64,000 nt of DNA from Longimicrobiales bacterium (GTDB taxonomy: Bacteria; Gemmatimonadota; Gemmatimonadetes; Longimicrobiales; Gaopeijiaceae), in contig CBDCKN010000003.1 in assembly GCA_965218295.1 (NCBI GenBank), forward strand, positions 64,001 to 128,000, given 5' to 3'. The position numbers and the translations under genes were made by a program. Positions 10,113 to 20,277 of the stretch are shown one piece after another. Under the pieces are notes generated by a model. It did not search any database. It saw nothing but the letters and a program-made list of their open reading frames with translations, and had not been told where the DNA came from. The stretch's first letter is position 1, and every line of letters begins with the position of its first letter.

Positions 10113-11385
10113 ATGAGCGCACATCGAGATATCCGGGGCGTGATCGCCGGGGGACTTCTGGCCAGCGCGCTGCTGCTGACTACCGCGGCACCGACACTTG
10201 CCCAGGATCGGGACTACGACGCCCGCTGGCTCCCCTGGCTCGGATGCTGGGAGCCCGTGGCCGGGTCCGACGATGCCGACGCGCCCATGCTGTGTCTTCG
10301 CCCCGTGGCCGGGGACGACGGTGTGGAGATGCTGACGGTGGCCGACGGCGAGATCGCGTCCCAGGAGACCATCCGGGCCGACGGCATGAGCCGCCGGACG
10401 AGCCGCGAGGGGTGTGACGGCTGGGAGCGCACGTCGTTCTCGGACGACGGCCATCGCGTCTATCTCCGTGCGGAGTTCGTGTGTGAGGGCGGGGTGGAGC
10501 GGAGATCCGCCGGTCTCATGTCCATGGTGTCCCCGTACGAGTGGCTGGACGTGAGGACCGTGGACGTAGCCGGAGAGAGCGTCCCCTGGGTGCTCCGCTA
10601 TCAGCTGGCTGCCCTCAAGGCCGTCGAGGCCGCCGGTCTCGAAGACATCGCGGCGGACCGCACCATGGCCCAACAGTCGGCCCGCATCGCCGCTTCGTCC
10701 GCTCTCACGATCAAGGACGTGGTTGACGCCTCTTCGCACCTGGACGCGAAGGCCGTCGAGGCCTGGATCGTGGTGCGCGGCGACCAGTTCGCGCTGGATG
10801 CCAGCCGGTTGATCGCCCTGGCCGACGCCGGCGTGCCGGAGAGTGTAATCGACATCGTGGTGGCGGTCTCCTACCCGGAGCAGTTCGTTGTCGACCGTAA
10901 CCTGGCGGGCGGCGCCGATCTGGCCGAGTCCGAGTACATGTCGACGGGACGCTATGGGCGGGCCGGGCGGGCCCGTTTCGGATACGGGCGCTACTATGAC
11001 CCGTTCTACTACGATCCCTTCTTCCTCAGCCCGTTTTACTCCCCGTATGCCGGGTACGGCTACTACTCGCCCTACCGCTACGGGTTCGGGTACGGCCTCG
11101 GCTACGGAGGGTTCGGATTCGGGTATGGAAGCTACGGCACCTATCGCCCGACCATCGTTGTGGTCGGGACGGCGCCAGCAGGAGTCAGCGGGGCGTCCCC
11201 GAGCAGTGAGAGGTCGCGGCTACACCCGGGGCGTGGGCAGCAGCTCCTCACGCTCGGGGGGTGCTCGTTCGAGGGGAGGCACCGCCGGTGGCGCCGCAGC
11301 GGCGCCGTCACGATCCGGCTCCTCGTCGTGGGGGTCGAAAGCCACCGGCCGAACAGCCAAGCCGAGAGGTGGTCGAAATCCCTGA
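10113..11385 (+). CDS. Exported hypothetical protein with Tyr/Gly/Pro-rich and Arg/Ser-rich tail; +1 frameshift at 11166-11168
   Basis: Signal peptide, WLPWLGCW domain. Removing one G from GGG joins RPTIVVVG to RRQQESAGRPRAVRGRGYTRG, stopping at 11385 just before two hairpins. Confidence 0.7.
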
Positions 11386-11431
11386 CCAACCCCCGCGGGA
11401 GTCGCTCTCCCGCTTGTTCGGGCATTCGACT

Positions 11432-11469
11432 CCGGAGGGCCAACAAGGCCTTCCGGCGTTTGGTGTTTC
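11432..11469 (+). terminator. Probable intrinsic terminator
   Basis: CCGGAGGGCC-AACAA-GGCCTTCCGG hairpin followed by CGTTTGGTGTTT. Confidence 0.55.
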
Positions 11470-11479
11470 CGACCTCCTA

Positions 11480-11540
11480 TTGACACGATATATCGGCAAG
11501 TATATTGTAGGAATATGAAACGATATATCGGTACGATATA
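11480..11540 (+). promoter_or_regulatory. Sigma70 promoter with overlapping CGATATATCG operators
   Basis: TTGACA 11480-11485, 17-nt spacer, TATTGT 11503-11508. Perfect palindrome CGATATATCG at 11486 and 11521, partial copy at 11534. Confidence 0.8.
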
Positions 11541-11566
11541 CTCACTCTAACGGGAGGATCGGGAAG

Positions 11567-12226
11567 ATGTTCTGTGCAACGGATTATGGTTTCGACTTCG
11601 ACGCCTTCATCTTCGGGCCACGCGGGCGCCGCCGCCGACACGCGAAGTGGAAGATCTTCGAGCGCGGCGATCTGAAGTTCGTCATCCTTCGCCTCGTCTC
11701 GGAGCAGCCCATGCACGGGTACGAGGTCATGAAAGCGCTCGAGAAGGAATCGGGGGGATACTACCGACCGAGCCCCGGATCGGTGTACCCTACCCTGCAG
11801 ATGTTGGAGGACGAGGGATACGTCACGGCCGAGGAGGGGGACGGAAAGAAGGTCTGCTCCATCACCGAAGAAGGGCGGACCTATCTGGACGAGAACGAGG
11901 ATGTCATCGACGAAGTCTTTGAGCGGGTGGAGCACTTCACGGATCGCTTTTTCGGCCGTGACATGAAGGAGCTTTCGAGGTCCTTCTCGCGATTGGCGCA
12001 AATCGCCTTCGACCAGGCCTTCCAATGGGGCGCTGCACCCGAGGACCTGGTGAGGATGAACGAGATCCTCGAGCAGGCCGTGCACGACATGAAAGAGGCC
12101 CGGCAGCAAGCGCGGGAGCGACGCCGAAGCCGGGGCCGGGGACCTAAGGAGGGACGCAAGGCTCGCCGAGGCCGGCATCGGGAGGCGGCGGTCGAGGACG
12201 TGGAAGTGGACAACGACGAGGAGTAG
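11567..12226 (+). CDS. PadR-family transcriptional regulator
   Basis: GDLKFVILRL, PMHGYEVMK, YRPSPGSVYPTLQMLEDEG. Confidence 0.93.
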   Translation: MFCATDYGFDFDAFIFGPRGRRRRHAKWKIFERGDLKFVILRLVSEQPMHGYEVMKALEKESGGYYRPSPGSVYPTLQMLEDEGYVTAEEGDGKKVCSITEEGRTYLDENEDVIDEVFERVEHFTDRFFGRDMKELSRSFSRLAQIAFDQAFQWGAAPEDLVRMNEILEQAVHDMKEARQQARERRRSRGRGPKEGRKARRGRHREAAVEDVEVDNDEE

Positions 12227-12259
12227 GGACGGCAAGCCCGCCACGGGGGCCACTGCCTT

Positions 12260-13172
12260 CTACACCTTCCGGCGAGCCTCGAGCCCCTCTTCGAGCTCCT
12301 CGAGGGTTCTGGGCCAATCCTCGCGCAGGAGTCGGGACAAGGCTCGATCCTTGAGGAGCTTTCCTCCTGTCTGGCAGGGTGCGCAGTAGTTGGTCTCACG
12401 CTCACCGTAGACGATCCGCTGGATGGGCGCTCCGCATCGGGGGCACGGCTCGCCGAACTTCCCGTGGGCGCCCATCGCGGGGTGAAAGGCCGTGATCTTG
12501 TTCGGGAAGTCCTCCCCGAACTCCTCACGAAGGCGCGCCACCCATTCGGTGAGGGAACGGCGGGTCGCCTCAAAAAGTTTCTCGATTTCCTCGTTGTCCA
12601 GCTGGCCCGTGCGCTTGACGGGTGAGAGCCCTGCTTCGAGGAGGATCTCGTCGGAGTGGGCATTCCCGATCCCGCTGAGGATACGCGGGTCGGTGAGGGC
12701 TCGCTTGAGTGTACGGTTCTCCCTCAGCAGTGCCTCGCGGAACCCCTCGAGCCCCACGTCCAGCGGCTCGACCCCGCCCGGGTCGAGACCGGCGAGGGCC
12801 TCTTCTCCTCGGACCACATGGAGCGAGACACGCTTGTGCGAGCTGGCCTCCGTGAGGAGGAGCGTCCCGTTGGAGAAGTCCAGAGCGGCATGAGCTCGCT
12901 TCTTGGGAATGGCTGCACCTCGCTCCTTCCACTGGAAGCGTCCGGAGATCATGAGATGGATCACGGCGAAAAGATCGTCCTCCAGCTCGAGCACCACCCG
13001 CTTCCCTATCCTGCGGAGTCCCGTCACCCGCTTCCCCTCCAGCTCGGAGACCCTCGGCTCGTAGGTGCGAAGGAGTGACGGCGTGCGGATCCGGACCTTC
13101 TCCAGCACCCTGGTCGACGATGCGGCTCTCGAGGGCGTCGATGTAGGCGACGATTTCGGGAAGCTCGGGCAT
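12260..13172 (-). CDS. Fpg/Nei-family DNA glycosylase/AP lyase; +1 frameshift at 13108-13110
   Basis: N-terminal MPELPE at 13172 in one frame. RIGK, IHLMISGR, H2TH SGIGNAHSDEIL and Zn finger CPRC...CAPCQ in the next frame. Confidence 0.88.
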
Positions 13173-13187
13173 ACGCTTTTCCGTGGG

Positions 13188-13682
13188 CTATCCGAACACC
13201 ATGCCGAGACCCCCGACAACCAGCACCACCACACCCACACCGATCTTCAGCCCGATGGCCAGCGTGCGCGCCAGTAGGACGCCCACCCCCACCCTGGAGG
13301 CCTCGCCGATGGAGCGGGACTCCCATAAGGTCACGAGACCGGCTCCGATGAACGTGCCGAGGAAGCCCGCCACAAGGGATCCGATGACGGGGACCGGCGT
13401 CCCCACGACCACCCCCACGAGACCGCCCAGAATCGCTCCCCAGAAGGCCCACCTGGACGCGCCGTAGCGGTCGCCCATCCGCTTGAGAATCCAGAACTCC
13501 CCGACTTCCGCAACCAGGGCGAGGCCGACGAGGAAGAGCCATATAGTCCAGGACAGAGCGCCGGTGAAGGTGCCGGCCAGCAGAAGCAGCACCATGATCC
13601 AGACGCCGGGCAGACCGAGCGGAATGGCCAGGAGTGCCGCCGCCATGAAGAGCACCACCACGAGTGCTACCGCGAGTGTCAT
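13188..13682 (-). CDS. DUF456-family membrane protein
   Basis: GLPGVW, RYGASRWAFWGAILGG, PVIGSLVAGFLG; GAGG RBS. Confidence 0.8.
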   Translation of the reverse strand: MTLAVALVVVLFMAAALLAIPLGLPGVWIMVLLLLAGTFTGALSWTIWLFLVGLALVAEVGEFWILKRMGDRYGASRWAFWGAILGGLVGVVVGTPVPVIGSLVAGFLGTFIGAGLVTLWESRSIGEASRVGVGVLLARTLAIGLKIGVGVVVLVVGGLGMVFG

Positions 13683-13758
13683 CGTCCAACCTCCTCTGCC
13701 GTTGATCGCCAAACTGGACTCTATTGAGTTCATAGCGAAAGAGCCGATCTTCAAGTCC

Positions 13759-14484
13759 ATGGCGAAAGGACCGAGCTTCCGGATCCGCTACACTGAGTCA
13801 CGAACGGAGGGCGATGGACCATCCGGAGTCCTCAACCGGAGTCAGCTCCTCGACCGGGTCCGTGAAGCGACCGCCGCAGCGGCCCACGGCAAAGTCTGGT
13901 GGTATCGGGCTCCCCTGCTCCTGCCCCTTGCTTGGATCCTCTACCGGCACCTGGGAGCCGAGGACTACTCGAGCATCTTCGGGGGCCTGAACCTCGCCAT
14001 CCACGAAGCCGGTCACCTGCTCTTCATGTGGTCTAGAAGCGACTTCCTGACGGTGGCCGGGGGCACCATCCTCCAATGCCTCTGCCCGGTCTTCGCAGGC
14101 TTCATGTTCTATCGCCAGAAGGACTTCTTCGCGATCACCGTCGCCCTGTTCTGGCTCGGTACCAACTTCACTCACATCGCCCCGTACGCAGCCGACGCCA
14201 GGGCGCAACTCCTGCCGCTGGTCTCTCCTTTCCAGGGCGCACCCGGACACGATTGGAATTATCTACTCGGCACCCTGGGCCTACTCCAACAGGACCACAT
14301 GGTTGGAGGGGCCTTCCGTGCCACCGGGATTCTGATCATGGGGGCAAGCCTGTGGGCGGGTGTGTGGGTTCTCCGGATCATGGCCGAGCTGGCCGCCACC
14401 AAAAACGGGTCGTTCTCCGAATCGGATCGTCCGTCGGAGCATCGCGGTGGCGAGGATGGCCATGGCACCGACGGAGGCGAGTGA
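13759..14484 (+). CDS. Membrane protein with HExxH (M50-like zinc peptidase candidate)
   Basis: NLAIHEAGH in a hydrophobic segment, GGTILQ, YAADARA, GHDWNYLL. Confidence 0.7.
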   Translation: MAKGPSFRIRYTESRTEGDGPSGVLNRSQLLDRVREATAAAAHGKVWWYRAPLLLPLAWILYRHLGAEDYSSIFGGLNLAIHEAGHLLFMWSRSDFLTVAGGTILQCLCPVFAGFMFYRQKDFFAITVALFWLGTNFTHIAPYAADARAQLLPLVSPFQGAPGHDWNYLLGTLGLLQQDHMVGGAFRATGILIMGASLWAGVWVLRIMAELAATKNGSFSESDRPSEHRGGEDGHGTDGGE

Positions 14485-14495
14485 CATCCCGCGCC

Positions 14496-15554
14496 TCAAA
14501 CCCCTAAGCCCAGCTGCTCGACCGCTCCCGGCCGCCGAAAGGCTTCAGTGGACAGAGCCGGGGGCCGCCCCGCGAGGCCCACACGCCGACGCGCCACCCT
14601 GAACAGCTCGATCACCTGCTCGGCCATCGGCCCCTGCCCCCGCATCCGCGACACCAGACGCGGATCGTTGAGGCGCCCACCTCGCATGGCCCGGATGCGG
14701 TTCAGGACCTTCTCCTTCCGGTCCGGGAAGTGCCGACCCAGCCAATCCACGAAGAGGTCCTTCACGCCGAACGGGAGGCGAATCGGTACGCAGCTGGCGG
14801 CGATAGCTCCACTGGCGGCTGCAGCCTCCAGGATGGACGGGATCTCGTGATCGTTGAGCCCCGGGATGACGGGGGCTAGGAAGACCGCCACCGGGATGCC
14901 CGCATCCGTCAGGCGTTGGATGGCCTCCAGTCGTCGTGCCGGGGTCGAGGCCCGCGGCTCCATCAGCCCATGGAGGCTCGGGTCCAGGGTCGTTACGGAC
15001 ACGGCGACGCAGACCGCGTCGTGATGGGCGAGTTGGGCGAGCAGGTCGATGTCCCTCGTCACGAGAAAACCCTTCGTGACGATCAATACCGGGTTCCTGA
15101 ATTCGGTGAGAACCTCGAGGCATTCCCGAGTGATCCCCAAGCGCCGCTCGACCGGCTGGTAGGGATCCGTAACTCCCGAAAGAGCGAGGGGCTGCGGCTT
15201 CCACCTGGGCGAGGCAAGCTCCCTGCGCAGGAGCTTCGCGGCGTCGGGCTTGACGAAGATCTTGGACTCGAAGTCCAGACCGGCCGATAGGCCGAGGTAC
15301 TCGTGGGTGGGCCGGGCGTAGCAGTAGACGCACCCGTGCTCACAGCCCCGGTAAGGATTCACGCTCACGTCGAATCCCACGTCCGGGCTCGAGTTCCTGA
15401 ACACGATGCTTCGAGACGAATCCACCAGGAACTCGGTGCTGGGAGCGGGGTCTTCGGCCAGACTCCACTTGTCTCGCTCCACCGAAAGGCGCTCGAAGCG
15501 GTTGGGCGGGTTGGGCGTGGCGCCCCTCCCCCGGAGAGTTGGAAGTTGTCTCAT
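14496..15554 (-). CDS. PA0069/Rv2578c-family radical SAM protein (SplB-like)
   Basis: NPYRGCEHGCVYCYARPTH (CxxxCxxC), TDPYQPVE, MEPRASTP, APVIPGLND. Confidence 0.92.
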   Translation of the reverse strand: MRQLPTLRGRGATPNPPNRFERLSVERDKWSLAEDPAPSTEFLVDSSRSIVFRNSSPDVGFDVSVNPYRGCEHGCVYCYARPTHEYLGLSAGLDFESKIFVKPDAAKLLRRELASPRWKPQPLALSGVTDPYQPVERRLGITRECLEVLTEFRNPVLIVTKGFLVTRDIDLLAQLAHHDAVCVAVSVTTLDPSLHGLMEPRASTPARRLEAIQRLTDAGIPVAVFLAPVIPGLNDHEIPSILEAAAASGAIAASCVPIRLPFGVKDLFVDWLGRHFPDRKEKVLNRIRAMRGGRLNDPRLVSRMRGQGPMAEQVIELFRVARRRVGLAGRPPALSTEAFRRPGAVEQLGLGV

Positions 15555-15629
15555 AGTATACTATGTTCGGTTTTTCTTCGGTAAGAGTACTTCCTGGCTC
15601 ACGAGAAGGAAAGGGTTCATCTTCCCGCG

Positions 15630-16250
15630 ATGAAGCCGACCACCGCGGAGATGCGGGAGCTCAAGCGAAGGGACCCCGCTCTGGGAAAGGCCATGACAGG
15701 TCTCCCACCCTTTCCGGATTTTCCGATTGGGAATCTGCGGGGTCCGCACTTCCACGCGTTGGCCCGGTCCATCACCTACCAGCAGCTTGCCAGCAGGGCC
15801 GCCGCCGCCATCTACGGTCGCGTGCGGGAGCTGACGTCCGGATCGGGCTTTCCCACCGCTCAGCAGGTGTTAGCCTTGTCGGACGACGATCTGCGGGGAG
15901 CCGGGCTCTCGCGCAGCAAGACACGAGCCATCAAGGATCTGGCCGCAAAGGCGGTCAACGGCGACCTCCGGTTGAGGAGCATCGGTCGCCACGGGGACGA
16001 AGAGGTCATCCGACGACTTACCACCGTCTGGGGAGTCGGGGAGTGGACGGCACACATGTTTCTCATCTTCAAGCTCGGGAGGCCCGACGTCATGCCTGCC
16101 GGTGACCTGGGGGTCCAGGAGGGCCTGAGGATTCTTGACGGGCTGGACAAGCGTCCGGAGCCGGAGTACCTCCTGGCCCGGGCGGAGGTGTGGCGGCCAC
16201 TCCGAAGCGTCGCCGCATGGTTCCTTTGGCGCCTCACGGACAAGCGATGA
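15630..16250 (+). CDS. DNA-3-methyladenine glycosylase II family (AlkA-like)
   Basis: SITYQQLASRAAAAI, GLSRSK, HhH GVGEWTA, RPDVMPAGDLG, WRPLRS. Confidence 0.9.
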   Translation: MKPTTAEMRELKRRDPALGKAMTGLPPFPDFPIGNLRGPHFHALARSITYQQLASRAAAAIYGRVRELTSGSGFPTAQQVLALSDDDLRGAGLSRSKTRAIKDLAAKAVNGDLRLRSIGRHGDEEVIRRLTTVWGVGEWTAHMFLIFKLGRPDVMPAGDLGVQEGLRILDGLDKRPEPEYLLARAEVWRPLRSVAAWFLWRLTDKR

Positions 16251-16807
16251 TCCGACGTGTAGTGATGAGGCGACGTGCAGCAAATCTCCGACGTGCAGCG
16301 GTGATCCGACGTGCCTTGATACCGGTCGCAGCGCTGCTCGCCACGGGCTCGCTCGACGCGCCTCGGCCTGCCGCGACCCAGATCCTGGCCCCCATCGGAG
16401 GCGCGCTGGCAGGGGCCGGAGCGGGCGCATGGATCAGCGTAGCCTACATCACCGTGCAGGCGCGGAAGGGCAACTACCTCGACTCGGGGGAAGAGGCCGT
16501 CGGTATTGCTGCCATTCCCCTCTTCACTGGACTCGCGGCCGGACTCGCCCTGGGTGTGTTCGCCGAGGATCGGATGAATCAGGCGCTACTCTGGGGCGGA
16601 GTGGGGTGGGCCTCGGGGATCGGGGTCGGCGCCCTTATCGGGGACCAGGTTTGGGACGATCCGCAGGGGAAATGGGCGGGAGGGGTCATCGGAGGCGCCG
16701 TGGGGTTGATAGTGGGTGGCGTGGCCGGCCTCGTCTCCTCCCAGGGTGACGGGAAGGACAGTCAGCAGCCCGACGGCCTTCCTCTTCTGATCAGGTTCCG
16801 ATTCTGA
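16247..16807 (+). CDS. Gly-zipper-like membrane hypothetical protein
   Basis: Repeated GGxxG hydrophobic helices; ATGA overlap with the alkA-like stop; exact start uncertain. Confidence 0.6.
   Translation: MIRRVVMRRRAANLRRAAVIRRALIPVAALLATGSLDAPRPAATQILAPIGGALAGAGAGAWISVAYITVQARKGNYLDSGEEAVGIAAIPLFTGLAAGLALGVFAEDRMNQALLWGGVGWASGIGVGALIGDQVWDDPQGKWAGGVIGGAVGLIVGGVAGLVSSQGDGKDSQQPDGLPLLIRFRF
16253..16313 (+). repeat. Four degenerate 18-nt tandem units, core CGACGTG
   Basis: CGACGTG at 16253, 16271, 16289, 16307. Confidence 0.75.
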
Positions 16808-16851
16808 GGATGCCCGGCGCAACTCTGCGTGCCCCTGTTCGAGGGCAACTC

Positions 16852-18076
16852 ATGCCGGCGATCCGGGGGCCGCAGCAAAGCCGGAGCCTGGCGCACCGAG
16901 TCTGCTCGCTCCTGACGCCGCTTGTGGCCGCAGGTGCTTGCGCCTACGCCCCGGCACCCCTTCCCGGCGCCCCACCCATGGCCGACCCTCGGCCCGACAG
17001 CGTGGACACCGTCGTCTTCCTGGTCGGCGACGCTGGGGAGGCCGACGGCGTCGGCAGTCCCGTCCTGCAGAAGCTCGCCAACGAAGTGGAGAGTTGGTCC
17101 GAGGCTCTGGCGCGTGACTCGGCGGTGGCCGTCGTCTTTCTGGGAGACAACGTCTACCCCGACGGATACCACGATCCCTCCGAAGGCGACTACCCTCGGG
17201 ACTCGGTGCGCCTCGGAAACGAAATCGCCACGGTGTCCGGCCCACAGGCTCGCGCGCACCTGACACCCGGGATCTTCATCTCCGGCAACCATGACTGGGC
17301 AAACACTTCAGGGCCCGTAGCCCTGGCCCGCCTCCGCAACCTGGAAACGAGGCTCGAGCGGGAGCGAGCCGCCGGGACGCTGGTGGAGCTCATGCCCGCA
17401 GCCGGACTAGCGGGACCGGAGTATGTCGACCTGGGCCAGAGCCTGCGGATCGTGTTCCTCGACACGCAGTGGTGGCTGGCCGAAGGCCAAGACGAGCATC
17501 GGATTCTCGAAGCCTACCAGCGTCTCGCCGAGGTCATGGCGGACTCCGACGATCGTGACGTGATCGTCGCCGCTCACCATCCCATGGTGACAGGCGGTGA
17601 GCACGGAGGCGCCGTGGGCTTCTTGGTCCACCGGCGGCGTCCGTTGGCTCCTCAGCCGCACCGGCGCCATCAGACAGGACCTTACCTCCCTCACGTACCA
17701 GGGCATGATCCGCGGATTTCGGGAGGCGTTCTCCCGTGGTGGCGCTCCGCTGGTCTACGCTTCGGGCCACGACCACAACCTCCAGGTCATCGCCGCAGTC
17801 GAAACTGGTGACCCCGAGTTCACCCTGGTGAGTGGGTCCGGCAGCAAGTTGTCGACGCCTCTGAGGGGTGTCCCCGGGATGCATTTCGGAGTGGCCGCCC
17901 CCGGCTACATGCGCGTTGTCTTCCGCCGGGACGGCGTTGTCGACGTGTTCGTGATCTCCGGACCCCGAAGCTTCACGGCATGCCCCGAGGACGCGACGCC
18001 AGAGCACGACTGTCTCACCCTCTGGCCCACGGCCTTCCGCGTCGTGTACTCCCAGCGCCTGAAACCGGCTTCTTGA
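16852..18076 (+). CDS. Calcineurin-like metallophosphoesterase, probable lipoprotein; +1 frameshift at 17623-17624
   Basis: GDAG, LGDNVY, GNHDW, DTQWW, AHHP in frame 1. SGHDH and SGSGSK in the 17597..18076 frame. Removing one T restores GFWSTGG. Confidence 0.85.
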
Positions 18077-18165
18077 CACCCCGGGCCCTGGAGGCCCGTA
18101 GTATAGGCAGGACGTCCGACCACGTGGGTTCGGACGGGGACAGTCATCCATCGAGGAGGTTCCTG

Positions 18166-18348
18166 ATGGCCAAGAGTAGTCGAGGACGTGCGCCACGGGA
18201 CAAGAAGCCCTCGCTCAAGCTTCCCGAGTGGCCCTGCACGCCCAAGCCGCCGCGCACACCCCCACCTCCGCGGCCCACGGATCCCGTGGGCACGACGCCG
18301 GGCCCCGACTTCAAGAAGGTGATCAGGAAGCTAGGGAAGAAGCGCTAG
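18166..18348 (+). CDS. Small basic proline-rich protein (60 aa)
   Basis: GAGGAGG RBS 6 nt before ATG 18166; MAKSSRGRAP...DFKKVIRKLGKKR. Confidence 0.5.
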   Translation: MAKSSRGRAPRDKKPSLKLPEWPCTPKPPRTPPPPRPTDPVGTTPGPDFKKVIRKLGKKR

Positions 18349-18494
18349 CCGGTCCGGGGGCTTTTCTGCGAGAAGGGCTGAGCTACGGCGAGCCGGGGTC
18401 CGGGTTGCACGTGCCTCTCAGTCGGAAGCGCGGGTTCGTCCAAGGTCGAGGCGTTGTCGAGCTGATCCTCAGTGAAACGTGACCTGACGTCTCC

Positions 18495-20258
18495 TCAGCC
18501 GCGAAAGTAGACGTAGGCGAGCGCGATCATCAGCAGGACGACGCCCGAGCCGATCACGTCCCTACGATCCCAGCTCCCGCGCGACTCCCTGCGGTGCTCT
18601 TCGGTCACGGTGGCGTACGTGAGGCCGGAGATCCGCTCGTACGCCGGCGATTCGGTCAGGTAGCTCACCGAGACCATGACGACGACCGAGACCACGAAGA
18701 TGAACAGGCTGTAGTACTGGAAGTAGATGTTGTTGACGATCCACAGGAAAGAGCCGGAGGTGTACCCACCCTCGTAGCCTGCCAGCTGCAGGCTCACCGG
18801 CGTGTCGATGGCAAGTCGGAAGGCGCCGAGCAGGAAGCCGACGACGAGCGCAGCGAGAGCTCCCTTGTCGTTCAGCCGCTTGGTGAACACGCCGAGGAAG
18901 AAGACCGTGAAGATCGGTGGCCCGAGGTAGCTCTGCACGCCCTGGAGGTATTCGTAGAGCCCGCGGGCGCCCTGAATCACCGGAATCCAGAGTAAACCGA
19001 TGACGACCATCATCGCCGTAGCGACCCGGCCCACCCACACCAATTGGTGCCGAGACGCCTCGGGGTTCCACTTCTGGTACAGGTCCATCGTGAAGAGCGT
19101 CGAGGAGGCGTTGAAGACGCCCGCCAGAGAGCTCATCAGCGCGGCAAGGAGCCCCGCGACAACCAGGCCGCGCACCCCGACCGGCAAGACGCTCATAACC
19201 AGGAGCGGGAAGGCCGCTTGGGCGGATTCCGGGATCACGTCACCGTTCGCGTCCACCATCTGGCTCAGCGCGCCGTATTCGCCGGTCCTGGCGAGCACGA
19301 GCGCGATCATTCCGGGGATGATGAAGAGGAAGACCGGCAGCAGCTTGAGGAGGCCCGCGAAGATGCTCCCGCGGCGCGCCTCGGTCTCGTTCCGGGCACC
19401 GAGCGCCCGCTGCACGATGTACTGGTCCGTGCACCAGTACCACAGACCGATGATTGGGGCGCAGAAGAGCATCCCGAACCACGGATAGTTGCCGTTGAAG
19501 TACCAGGCGAGGCGCTCGGGCTCCATCACCGGGGCCCACGTCCCCTGTATCCCGTCGGGGATCAGCGGCTTCCACAGGTTGAAGAGGTCGGGATCGAGCG
19601 CCGCGCGGAGCTCGCCCCAGCCGCCGAGAGCCGAGAGCCCGAACCAGGTGAGCAGCGACGAGCCGACGACGAGGATCAGCGTCTGGAGCGCCTCGGTGTA
19701 GGCGACGGCCCGCATTCCGCCGGCCACCGTGTAGATGCCTGTCAGGATCACGAGCACCACCGAACCGATCCAGAAACTGCCCCATACCGTGGACCCGATC
19801 TGGAGCTGCACGTCGGGGAGGAGGGTCGCGAACACGACGCCGCCCGCGAAGATCCCCACCGCGATCTTCGTCAGGACGTATCCCACGAGGGAGATGAGCG
19901 ACAGCAGCCAGCGGGCAGCGGGTGAGAAGCGACGCTCCAGGAACTCGGGCATCGTGTAGACGCGCGAGCGCATGAAAAACGGGACGAACACCCAGGCCAG
20001 GATGAGCAGGCACCAGGCGTGGAGCTCGTAGTGCGCCATCGCCACGCCGTCGGTGGCGCCGGAGCCCGCGAGGCCCACGAGGTGCTCGGAGCCGATGTTG
20101 GACGCGAAGATCGACGCTCCGACGATGAACCAGCCGAGGTTGCGATTGGCGAGGAAGTAATCGTCCGGAGTGTCCTGGCGTGTGAGAAAGACCCAGGCTG
20201 CGAGGCCCAGGATCGCGCCGAGGTACGCGAGGATGATCAGCCAGTCGAGGGTGGCCAC
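18495..20258 (-). CDS. Sodium:solute symporter (SGLT-like sugar transporter)
   Basis: ASIFASNIGSEHLVGLAG, TMPEFLERRF, WYWCTDQYIVQR, LAALMSSLA. Confidence 0.95.
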   Translation of the reverse strand: MATLDWLIILAYLGAILGLAAWVFLTRQDTPDDYFLANRNLGWFIVGASIFASNIGSEHLVGLAGSGATDGVAMAHYELHAWCLLILAWVFVPFFMRSRVYTMPEFLERRFSPAARWLLSLISLVGYVLTKIAVGIFAGGVVFATLLPDVQLQIGSTVWGSFWIGSVVLVILTGIYTVAGGMRAVAYTEALQTLILVVGSSLLTWFGLSALGGWGELRAALDPDLFNLWKPLIPDGIQGTWAPVMEPERLAWYFNGNYPWFGMLFCAPIIGLWYWCTDQYIVQRALGARNETEARRGSIFAGLLKLLPVFLFIIPGMIALVLARTGEYGALSQMVDANGDVIPESAQAAFPLLVMSVLPVGVRGLVVAGLLAALMSSLAGVFNASSTLFTMDLYQKWNPEASRHQLVWVGRVATAMMVVIGLLWIPVIQGARGLYEYLQGVQSYLGPPIFTVFFLGVFTKRLNDKGALAALVVGFLLGAFRLAIDTPVSLQLAGYEGGYTSGSFLWIVNNIYFQYYSLFIFVVSVVVMVSVSYLTESPAYERISGLTYATVTEEHRRESRGSWDRRDVIGSGVVLLMIALAYVYFRG

Positions 20259-20277
20259 GGTCAGTTCGTTTCGGTGG

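Noticed and set aside
16253..16313. CRISPR-like array
   Set aside because: The 18-nt period with a 7-nt core is too short, it lies in a coding 5' end, and no cas genes are present.
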